DNA from: an uncultured archaeon | Lineage (GTDB): Archaea > Thermoproteota > Bathyarchaeia > Bathyarchaeales > Bathycorpusculaceae | Reading direction: 5' to 3' | NCBI GenBank assembly: GCA_963810275.1 | Contig: CAWENF010000026.1 | Span: 38,024 to 102,023, forward strand | Length of the DNA stretch: 64,000 nucleotides | In this document: piece by piece, positions 10,614 to 18,261 of the stretch | Layout: each line of letters begins with the position of its first letter | How positions within the stretch are numbered: position 1 is the first letter of the stretch | Made by a program: the position numbers and the translations under genes | The notes under the pieces: model-generated | Database searches by the model: none | Told to the model about the DNA's origin: nothing | What the model saw: the letters and a program-made list of their open reading frames with translations, nothing else

Positions 10614-11053
10614 AGGTTAGCCTTGAAACAATTGGATGCCCTATGAGTGAGCATTAGACATTTATCCATAACCACAATTAGCCCTGTCTGAATAGCTGCC
10701 TTTGCCGCTGCCTCGTTTACAATGCCCCGTTGCATCCAAACAGCACAAAGATGCCCATATCTGCGTTTTAATTCGATAGCTTGTTCTACAACAGGCGGAA
10801 CATCCGAGCTTTTTCGGAATATATCCACGATATCGATGGTTTGGGCAAGCTTGGGTGGTATAGCGCTGAGACTATTATAGCTTTTTTCACCTAAAATGTT
10901 GCTGGCATTGGGGTTAACAGGTACGATGCGGTAGCCACATCGTTTTAGGTAGGACGCAACAAGAAAGCTCTCTTTAGTAGAGTCAGTAGATAAGCCGACA
11001 ACAGCGATGACAGTACAATTTGTTAAGATGTTTTGCATGTCGAGTTCACTCAA
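10610..11053 (-). CDS. CoA-binding protein (YccU family)
   Basis: IAVVGLS, YRIVPVNP, IDIVDIFR, VWMQ, VVMDKC. Confidence 0.92.
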   Translation of the reverse strand: MSELDMQNILTNCTVIAVVGLSTDSTKESFLVASYLKRCGYRIVPVNPNASNILGEKSYNSLSAIPPKLAQTIDIVDIFRKSSDVPPVVEQAIELKRRYGHLCAVWMQRGIVNEAAAKAAIQTGLIVVMDKCLMLTHRASNCFKANL

Positions 11054-11105
11054 AAACGTCACCTCAATTCTCAAACGAATTAGGGTGGGTTAGCGGTAAT
11101 AAAGG

Positions 11106-11495
11106 TTAAAGTTTTGTTTGTCGACAGAAGAAACAGTTTTCTGCCCAATCCTGTTGCATTTCAGCTTGGCATTTGGGGCATATTAAGCCTTTTTCGCGAA
11201 TGAAGACGCAGGTTGTGCAGAAGAGTTCTAGGAGTTCTAGTTTGTTTTGGGGGGCTTTAATAATTGTGATGACCATTTGCTCGATGAGAGCGATTACTTC
11301 TTGAGTGCTTTCGATTGCTGATAGATTGGCACCTCTTTGCCTGCCGATATATCGGCTGACGGCGGATTGGGAAAGCCCTAAGAGGTTGGCTGTTTGTTTT
11401 TCTGTGTAGCCGTGTTTTTGGACTATGCTGCGTGCCATTATAGCTTTTACGGCTGGCAGGACTGTTTTTACACCGACTTCGCATGGGAGTAGCAA
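11106..11495 (-). CDS. Predicted HTH transcriptional regulator (COG2522-like)
   Basis: PCE..VLPAVKA, LLGLSQSAVSRY..RG; C-terminal Cys cluster. Confidence 0.85.
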   Translation of the reverse strand: MLLPCEVGVKTVLPAVKAIMARSIVQKHGYTEKQTANLLGLSQSAVSRYIGRQRGANLSAIESTQEVIALIEQMVITIIKAPQNKLELLELFCTTCVFIREKGLICPKCQAEMQQDWAENCFFCRQTKL

Positions 11496-11660
11496 GTTTG
11501 CACCTTGTTTGGGGTATTTTGTGGGTAAACCTATTTAAGTATGACGTCCGTCATAGAATATGACACGTGTCAAGACAGAAAAGCAGCCAACCAAATTAAA
11601 TCCACATCAACCACATTCCTTCCAAAGGTCTGCCTTGACACCAAAATAGGAGAAACAAAA

Positions 11661-12602
11661 ATGGCAAACCGCCTACAAACCCTTCAAACAGGCGAAAAAC
11701 GAGACTTAACAACTATACTTAAAAAACTCGACGCGCAATGCCAAAACTGTGCCCCCACATCAGCACTCGAATGCATAAACCGCTGCAAAGTCTACAAACT
11801 AAAAAATGAACTTCGCAACCTACGCGAAGCCATGAATAACCCAAACTACACCAAAGAATTATTCAACGTACTCAAAAACCAAACCCGCCTTCACATCCTA
11901 AAATCTATAGCTGATGGCAGATACTCTGTTAGTCAGCTTCAGCAAGAACTCAAGAAAAACGGGTATAATCATAGCCAAGATACCATACACGAAGAGTACC
12001 TCCAGCCATTGATGTCTGTGGGTTTAGCGATGGAGTCCTGCGAACATTATTACGCAACCCAATTCGGAGGACGCCTAACGGAAACCCTCGAAATATTCCC
12101 AGAATTCGCAGAAGTCTTGCCTGCACACTCGGAATGCTATGAAGAAACCCTCCTCCAAACACTCATTTCAGGACCTAAAACCTTCGAGGACATAGAAAAA
12201 GTGGTGTCACCCAAAATCGCATCGCGAATACTCAAACGGCTCCGCCAAGTCGGCTTACTTGAAACCCCGGAAGAGAGAGACTACATCTTTTTCTTCAAAT
12301 CAAAACGCGACCCCAACAAAGAAACATTGACATCAACCGAAGAGAAAGTCTACCGTTCAATCCCCGACGAAGGAATCTCAGCCGGCAAATTAGCCAAAGA
12401 AGCTGATTTATCTATCCGCAGAATCTACAAATACCTTCGCGGACTGAAAGGCAAAAAACTTGTGTTCGTAAGAAAAACACCCAAAGCCTACGCTTTAACC
12501 GACAAGGGCACAGCGCTGGCTTCAGTGCTTGAAGAACTAAATCAAATAGTCGAGGAAACCTGGAGTTCCTCTCGACAGGTTTTCCATGCCGAAAACGCCT
12601 AA
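11661..12602 (+). CDS. Multi winged-helix protein with an N-terminal Cys motif
   Basis: CQNC..ECINRC followed by several wHTH-like repeats (ArsR-like LKNQTRLHILKSI). Confidence 0.7.
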   Translation: MANRLQTLQTGEKRDLTTILKKLDAQCQNCAPTSALECINRCKVYKLKNELRNLREAMNNPNYTKELFNVLKNQTRLHILKSIADGRYSVSQLQQELKKNGYNHSQDTIHEEYLQPLMSVGLAMESCEHYYATQFGGRLTETLEIFPEFAEVLPAHSECYEETLLQTLISGPKTFEDIEKVVSPKIASRILKRLRQVGLLETPEERDYIFFFKSKRDPNKETLTSTEEKVYRSIPDEGISAGKLAKEADLSIRRIYKYLRGLKGKKLVFVRKTPKAYALTDKGTALASVLEELNQIVEETWSSSRQVFHAENA

Positions 12603-12614
12603 ATTTTCCTTTTT

Positions 12615-13097
12615 TTAGCCCGGCGCCCCGTGGAATGGCACGTTTTCCCAGAGCATCTTCCACCAGTCGTCTTCAGTGATGGTTTCGCCGTGCACGATGA
12701 TTTCCTGCACCATTTTTAGCATGATGTGATGGCGAACTTCGTCCTCAAGGATTGCTTTTAGCAGGAAGATCACTTTCTCATTTTCAATTTCAGGGATACG
12801 CTCTTTTAGGACTTTTATCAGTTTAGCTTCGACATCTATGTGGTGCTGAATAAGTGCTTTGTGCTTGTCAAGGTCTTCTTGTTTTAGGGCGGTTGAAGCG
12901 CTGGTTAGCAATGTGATAGCTGAAGTATAAAGTTCAGCGTGCTTAATCGAATCCAGAGACACACCTTTGAGGACGCCGCGTACCGCTGGGTTTACCATGT
13001 CCTTAAGTGCTTTTTCAAGAGAGTCCACAATTTCTTTTTCAACAACAACTTGGTTTTTTAGGAAATCAATCAAGTCTTCTTGTTTTTTCTGTTCCAT
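12615..13097 (-). CDS. Ferritin-like/rubrerythrin-like four-helix protein
   Basis: DSIKH and DEVRHH metal-ligand motifs in a duplicated helix pair. Confidence 0.75.
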   Translation of the reverse strand: MEQKKQEDLIDFLKNQVVVEKEIVDSLEKALKDMVNPAVRGVLKGVSLDSIKHAELYTSAITLLTSASTALKQEDLDKHKALIQHHIDVEAKLIKVLKERIPEIENEKVIFLLKAILEDEVRHHIMLKMVQEIIVHGETITEDDWWKMLWENVPFHGAPG

Positions 13098-13124
13098 AAC
13101 AAAAGTCTCCCATTGGGGTAATGG

Positions 13125-13568
13125 TTAAGCCTGATTTTTCAAGGTTTCGGCTATTTTTCTGCCGAAGTCTTTTGAGGCATCAAGGGCATCTTGGTCAGGG
13201 ATGTACTTGGCAAGCAGCGGCTCCAATGGGGCTTGCATTCCAAGTTGACTCGTCATTATATCTTGGACCATTTTTGGAGCTTCTCCGCTCCAGCCATAGG
13301 ATCCAAACGTGGCAGCGACTTTGCCCTTGAGTTTTATGCCTTTCTGGGCAGCTTCATCAAAGAGGTTTTTAAACTCCACAGGTATATCTTTGCGGTATGT
13401 AGGCGCACCCACAGCAATGGCGTCATAGCTGTTTAAATCAGAGGCGTCCACGTGGAAGCTTAATTCAACGGCTAAATCCGGCACTGATTTGGCTCCTTCC
13501 GCTAAGGCTTTAGCCATATTCTCGGTGTTTCCACTACGGCTATAGTACAAAACAAGTAATTTCTTCAT
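13125..13568 (-). CDS. Flavodoxin (FprA C-terminal-like)
   Basis: YYSRSGNTENMA, GAPTY, FGSYGWSGEA. Confidence 0.92.
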   Translation of the reverse strand: MKKLLVLYYSRSGNTENMAKALAEGAKSVPDLAVELSFHVDASDLNSYDAIAVGAPTYRKDIPVEFKNLFDEAAQKGIKLKGKVAATFGSYGWSGEAPKMVQDIMTSQLGMQAPLEPLLAKYIPDQDALDASKDFGRKIAETLKNQA

Positions 13569-13644
13569 AACCAAAAATTGGGGGTTTGAATATTTCAATT
13601 TTTTGCTTGCCACTAAAAAAGCCAGAATGTCAAAAAAATTCGTA

Positions 13645-13830
13645 TACTACCTTAAACGTTTTTGCGGTTCTTGCCGCCTTTTCTACCTATTTCGCGATAA
13701 AGCGCTACCCCTCTCCCGCCACTTTTTCCTTACCTACTACTACCTATTGCTTTATAGAAGTAGAATCCATGTTCAAATGTAACTTTTCTGGAACCCGTCT
13801 GCCCGCTTGTTGCTTACTCGTTTTTGATCT
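13645..13830 (-). pseudogene. Decayed KGG-repeat stress protein gene
   Basis: Reads ..KVTFEHGFYFYKAIGSSR*GKSGGRGVALYREIGRKGGK with an internal stop and a shift. Confidence 0.6.
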
Positions 13831-13906
13831 ATACCTATCATTCTTACCGTCAAGCACGGGCCTCGAAAGAAAAAATGCTACAAAAAGACTAAAAAGCGGC
13901 TTGAAT

Positions 13907-14188
13907 TTATTCTATTCTTCCAATTTCTTTTGTTATGTCAATTGGGGACTTGTATATTTTTTCTGGCAACTTCTTGATTAAGCTTATGACGTCACCCGGG
14001 GCATTATTGTTTTCTGCGTTGCTTTGCAGTTTGGACCTTTCAGCGGGGAACCGCGTACCTGCCAAATACTTCTCCACTATGGCTGGGCTAACATGCCCAG
14101 ACTTTCCTCTGCGGTGGGTATATTGACGCCTCGAACCTTTACCTTGACTTATACCGACACGACGCGTAGACGGTTGCAGTTGACCCGT
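13907..14188 (-). CDS. DUF2795 domain-containing protein with an apparent ACG start
   Basis: VEKYLAGTRFPAERSKLQSNAENNNAPGDVISLIKKLPEKIYKSPIDI; 93 aa open frame; GGAGGTGA 6 nt before ACG; absent from the ORF track. Confidence 0.75.
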   Translation of the reverse strand, partial: TGQLQPSTRRVGISQGKGSRRQYTHRRGKSGHVSPAIVEKYLAGTRFPAERSKLQSNAENNNAPGDVISLIKKLPEKIYKSPIDITKEIGRIE

Positions 14189-14237
14189 ATTTATTCACCT
14201 CCAAAATTTAATTTAGCCAAACAACGAGGATTTTAAG

Positions 14238-14408
14238 TTACATTGATTTTTCTCGTTGTTTACCCTCTTCAATTAACCTACGAACTTTTTGACCACCCTT
14301 ATGGCCAATTTCACTGTAAAATTTTTCTCCATGTGTTTGAGCAGTGCGTTCGCCGCCTAACCGGCCTGCCTCCTCTACGCTCATTTTACCTTTCTTTTTA
14401 TTTTCCAA
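14238..14408 (-). CDS. KGG-repeat general stress protein (GsiB/Em-like)
   Basis: KGKMSVEEAGRLGG..FYSEIGHKGGQ; GGAGGTGA plus TTG. Confidence 0.9.
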   Translation of the reverse strand: MENKKKGKMSVEEAGRLGGERTAQTHGEKFYSEIGHKGGQKVRRLIEEGKQREKSM

Positions 14409-14484
14409 CCGATTCACCTCCTTATTGATTTCAGTTTTTGGAGATAGCTTACAGGTTAGTTGTAAGAAGTCGCCTGCTCCCCGC

Positions 14485-14736
14485 TCATTCCTTTTCATGC
14501 GCTTTACCCTCTTTAATTAGGGTTTTTACTCTTTGACCTCCACGGTGCCCTGACTCTTCGAGACTAGTCTTTCCTTCCGCCTCCGCTGAACCCTCATGCT
14601 GCTTAGCACGCTCCGAACCACCCTTACTCCCAATCTCACAATAAAATTCAGGCCCATGAGTCGCTGAAGTTTTTTCGCCGCCCCTTCGCCCGGCTTCTTC
14701 AACAGTCATTTTGCCCTTCCTTGTAGCTTCACTCAT
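14485..14736 (-). CDS. KGG-repeat general stress protein (GsiB/Em-like)
   Basis: MTVEEAGRRGG..HGPEFYCEIGSKGG; GGAGGTGA RBS. Confidence 0.9.
   Translation of the reverse strand: MSEATRKGKMTVEEAGRRGGEKTSATHGPEFYCEIGSKGGSERAKQHEGSAEAEGKTSLEESGHRGGQRVKTLIKEGKAHEKE
14554..14639. repeat. 86-bp exact direct repeat, copy 1 (copy 2 at 15235..15320)
   Basis: ctcttcgagactagtc...cccaatctcac is identical in two KGG genes. Confidence 0.9.
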
Positions 14737-14908
14737 TGTCTCACCTCCAAAAAAACCTTCGAAGCTTATGCAACAGGTTCTTAGCTTTCAACAAGCCTTA
14801 AACTTATGTGGCTGACCAACTGTAGTAACATGGTATAATTAGCTCGGGGTTTGGAGCGCCTAAAGTCAACTCTAAATAAAAAACAAAAAGAATGACGTGA
14901 ATTAAGTA

Positions 14909-15097
14909 TTATTGATGTTCACTTGCTTTGCCTTCTTGGATGAGTTTTCGGACTCGTTGGCCGCCTCTAGGTCCGCCTATGCGTCCGCCTTTACGTCCTA
15001 TTTCGCTGTAGAATTCTTCGCCATGCGTCTGTGAAGTCTTTAAACCACCTTTGCGGCCTGCCTCCGCTACTGTCATCTTACCTTTTTTTTCCTCCAA
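14909..15097 (-). CDS. KGG-repeat general stress protein (GsiB/Em-like)
   Basis: MTVAEAGRKGG..HGEEFYSEIGRKGG; GGAGGTGA plus TTG. Confidence 0.9.
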   Translation of the reverse strand: MEEKKGKMTVAEAGRKGGLKTSQTHGEEFYSEIGRKGGRIGGPRGGQRVRKLIQEGKASEHQ

Positions 15098-15165
15098 AAC
15101 TTTTCACCTCCAAAAAAATTTCATATAAGAGCACGGAAGCAAACAAAAACAATAATCAAATAGTT

Positions 15166-15486
15166 TTATGCTCTCTCGCGCTCTTTTCCTGCTTGAATCA
15201 AACGTCTAACTCGTTGTCCTCCTCTGTGTCCCGCCTCTTCGAGACTAGTCTTTCCTTCCGCCTCCGCTGAACCCTCATGCTGCTTAGCACGCTCCGAACC
15301 ACCCTTACTCCCAATCTCACTATAAAACTCAGGTCCGCGTTCAGAACTGACTTTTTCTCCGCCTTTTCTACCTATTTCTTCGTAGAATTCACGTCCGTGA
15401 GTAGCAGCGGTTTTTTGTCCTCCTTTACGTCCTGCTTCTGCAACTGTCATTTTGCCCTTTTTAGCCTCTTCAGATCGTGTACTCAA
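15166..15486 (-). CDS. KGG-repeat general stress protein (GsiB/Em-like)
   Basis: Several EIGxKGG repeats; GGAGGTGA plus TTG at 15486. Confidence 0.9.
   Translation of the reverse strand: MSTRSEEAKKGKMTVAEAGRKGGQKTAATHGREFYEEIGRKGGEKVSSERGPEFYSEIGSKGGSERAKQHEGSAEAEGKTSLEEAGHRGGQRVRRLIQAGKERERA
15235..15320. repeat. 86-bp exact direct repeat, copy 2
   Basis: Identical to 14554..14639. Confidence 0.9.
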
Positions 15487-15727
15487 AAACTTCACCTCCT
15501 AAAATACTACGGAAAAGTAAACATTAATAATGCCGAATAAGGGCTCATAAACATATGTTGTTGGCGCATGTTAGCAACACGCCCCTTTTGCCAATTCCTC
15601 ACCAAACTAAACATGAAAATATGCGCCCGAAATCAGCTAGCAAATGTAGGGTAGTCCCATAAGGTGGGTAGAAGTTAACTTAAATACAGTGAATTATCCA
15701 CTAAATAGATCATTGAGTACCCACAAG

Positions 15728-17209
15728 ATGAAAATTCTCCTAATTAACCCTCCACAGACGTTTTACGCTGGGTCAGAGCCACCCGCTGGGAACCTGCCGT
15801 TAGGCTTAATGTACATAGCTGCTGTGCTCAAAAAAGCGGGGTATACTGTGGAGATTTTGGACGCCTTCTTTTTAGGCGCAGACTACTCAGAAGATGATGA
15901 CGTTATAACCGTTGGACTAAGCAGTGAACAGATAAAACAAGAAATCCAAAAACGCAAACCCGACATAGTGGGCGTGGCAGGTCCATTCACGTGCCAAGTC
16001 GGACATGCAATCGAAGTCTGCAAAGCCACCAAAGAAACCGACCCCAGCATCTTAGTTGTTGTCGGTGGACCACATGTAACTTTAATGCCCAAAGAATTCC
16101 TTTCAGAAAACCTCTGTGTGGATGTGGTAGTGACTGGCGAAGGCGAATATACCATGCTTGAAATCGTCCAACGCTATGAAAAGAAAAAGGATTTCAACGG
16201 CGTTTTAGGCGTCGCTTATCGAGATGGCGACGAAGTAGTTGTTAACCCACTGCGCCCTTTCATATGCGATCTTGACGAACTGCCCTATCCCGCCTACGAT
16301 TTGGTGGACATGGAGCAGTATTTGGGTCCAAGCAAAATCGGCTACCGTAGCTTTCAAGACCGCTCCGTCTCAATGGTAACGAGCCGTGGCTGCCCGTTTA
16401 ACTGCTGCTTCTGCGCCGTCCACTTACACATGGGACATAAATTCCGTGCCCACTCTGCGGAGTACGTGCTTGATCACATCCAATACGTGGTGGATAAATA
16501 CAATGTACGCAACATCTTTTTTGAAGACGACAACTTGACGCTGGATTTGAAGCGGTTTGAAGCCATCTGTGACGGCTTAATCCAACGTAGACTGCACGTG
16601 GGCTGGGAAACCCCCAACGGTGTCCGAGCAGACTGCCTAACAATGGAGCTGCTTAAGAAAATGAAGCGGTCAGGTGTCAAAAGCATCTTTGTAGGCGTGG
16701 AGTCAGGCGACCAGCAAATCCTTGATAACGTCATCTGCAAAAGCCTAAACCTTGACCGTGTTGTCGAGTTTGCCAAAAACAGCCACGAATTGGGATTGAA
16801 GACTGGTGCTTTCTACATTATTGGGTTCCCTGGGGAAACTAAGGAGAATATGCAGCACACCGTTGATTTCGCTTTAATGCTTAAACGCAAATATGATGTG
16901 GGTATGCATTTGTTTGCCGCGACGCCTAGCTATGGCACAAGGCTTTATGATGAATGTAAAGCTAAAGGATATTTGCCGGCGGATTTATCTTGGAACAGTT
17001 TTGCACAGGCAAGACAAGCCAAGGGGTTGCCATTGATCACTACACCTGATTTTGCGCCGGAGGAGGTCAAGGAGATAGCTGCGAGGGCTCTGGCGGAATA
17101 TAAGAAACTATCTTTGTTGGGACACTTTAAGCATCCGCGAAAAACCTTGCGAACGGTATTTGACCAGCCACAGTTGATTATAAAGTACATAAAAAACCTT
17201 ATTTCCTAA
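15728..17209 (+). CDS. B12-binding radical SAM protein (class B methyltransferase-like)
   Basis: PLGLMYIAA, GGPH, GEGE cobalamin-binding domain; SRGCPFNCCFC; FEDDN; GVESG. Confidence 0.93.
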   Translation: MKILLINPPQTFYAGSEPPAGNLPLGLMYIAAVLKKAGYTVEILDAFFLGADYSEDDDVITVGLSSEQIKQEIQKRKPDIVGVAGPFTCQVGHAIEVCKATKETDPSILVVVGGPHVTLMPKEFLSENLCVDVVVTGEGEYTMLEIVQRYEKKKDFNGVLGVAYRDGDEVVVNPLRPFICDLDELPYPAYDLVDMEQYLGPSKIGYRSFQDRSVSMVTSRGCPFNCCFCAVHLHMGHKFRAHSAEYVLDHIQYVVDKYNVRNIFFEDDNLTLDLKRFEAICDGLIQRRLHVGWETPNGVRADCLTMELLKKMKRSGVKSIFVGVESGDQQILDNVICKSLNLDRVVEFAKNSHELGLKTGAFYIIGFPGETKENMQHTVDFALMLKRKYDVGMHLFAATPSYGTRLYDECKAKGYLPADLSWNSFAQARQAKGLPLITTPDFAPEEVKEIAARALAEYKKLSLLGHFKHPRKTLRTVFDQPQLIIKYIKNLIS

Positions 17210-17436
17210 GCTAACTTGCGGATTATAGCTGACAAAGATCCAGCCACTAACACTCCAAAATTCATAAGGAAATCCAAAACTAAATTATGCAATGCAACAA
17301 GCGCACAATCGATGAAAAGACGAAAGGCAATTGCTTGCCTTAAAAAATGTAGAAAACCTGCTTTAACATGTCTCCCATCGGCCACCAACGCCATTATCTT
17401 CTAATTGAAAAACAAAAACAACGAGGGAAAGCCTTA

Positions 17437-18261
17437 TCAAACTTTGACTTTTTTAGCCAGTTTGTCAATGATGCTTTGGAAAATCAGTTTCCCATCCCCA
17501 TACCGTAGGTTGCTCTGGACGCTGGTCCAGTTGGGTTGCTGCCACCAGTACATCGCCCGCTCGGGATGCGGCATCAAACCGAAAATGTTACCTTCCTTGT
17601 TGCATATACCGGCTATGTCGTAGAAGCTGCCATTGGGGTTAGTTGGATAAGCGCCGTCTGCTGTTTTTCCGTTTTTGTTGCAGTAGCGGAACACAAGCAT
17701 GTCTTCGTCGATTAGCCGCTTAAGCAGCGCTTCTTCTTTTTCTTTGGGGAATAGCCAGCGGCCTTCGCCGTGTGCTATAGGGAGGCTTATGGTTTTGCCC
17801 TTGGGGATTGCTTGGGTGAACATGCATTTGCCGCGGTTTTCCTGTTTGAGGTAGATCCATTTACATTTGAACCCTGCGGGCTCGTTAGTTGTCAGTGTCG
17901 CTTCTGGATAGTCGCGTACACCGCTGAAGCCTGGGAGCAAACCATATTCGACCAAGATTTGGAAGCCGTTACAGATGCCAAGGACTGGGCGGCCTTCGTC
18001 GACGAACATTTCGATTTCCTTGCCTAAATTAGCTGCCAAATGCCTTGCGAAAATAACACCTGAACGCACGTAGTCACCGTAGCTGAAACCGCCTGGAAAA
18101 ACAAGCATATCGTAGTCGAGCAGTGTGTGACGTTTGATTAGTTCACTAACCTGCAGTGTTTCAGCTTGGGCACCGAGTTCAGTGAATGCTCGTTGGGTTT
18201 CAGCGTCACAGTTTGTACCGCCAACGCGTAATACGCAGACTTTGATGTCTTTTACTTTCAT
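17437..18261 (-). CDS. purQ: FGAM synthase glutamine amidotransferase subunit
   Basis: GTNCD, PGGFSYGD, GICNGFQ, MPHPER. Confidence 0.97.
   Translation of the reverse strand: MKVKDIKVCVLRVGGTNCDAETQRAFTELGAQAETLQVSELIKRHTLLDYDMLVFPGGFSYGDYVRSGVIFARHLAANLGKEIEMFVDEGRPVLGICNGFQILVEYGLLPGFSGVRDYPEATLTTNEPAGFKCKWIYLKQENRGKCMFTQAIPKGKTISLPIAHGEGRWLFPKEKEEALLKRLIDEDMLVFRYCNKNGKTADGAYPTNPNGSFYDIAGICNKEGNIFGLMPHPERAMYWWQQPNWTSVQSNLRYGDGKLIFQSIIDKLAKKVKV

Noticed and set aside
13586-14236. Plus-strand ORFs 13586..13981, 13935..14126 and 14024..14236
   Set aside because: Shadows of the minus-strand DUF2795 gene and KGG pseudogene; no recognisable motifs
14238-15486. Repeated DNA in the KGG region as a CRISPR array or mobile element
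   Set aside because: The repeats are in-frame protein-coding motifs of paralogous genes
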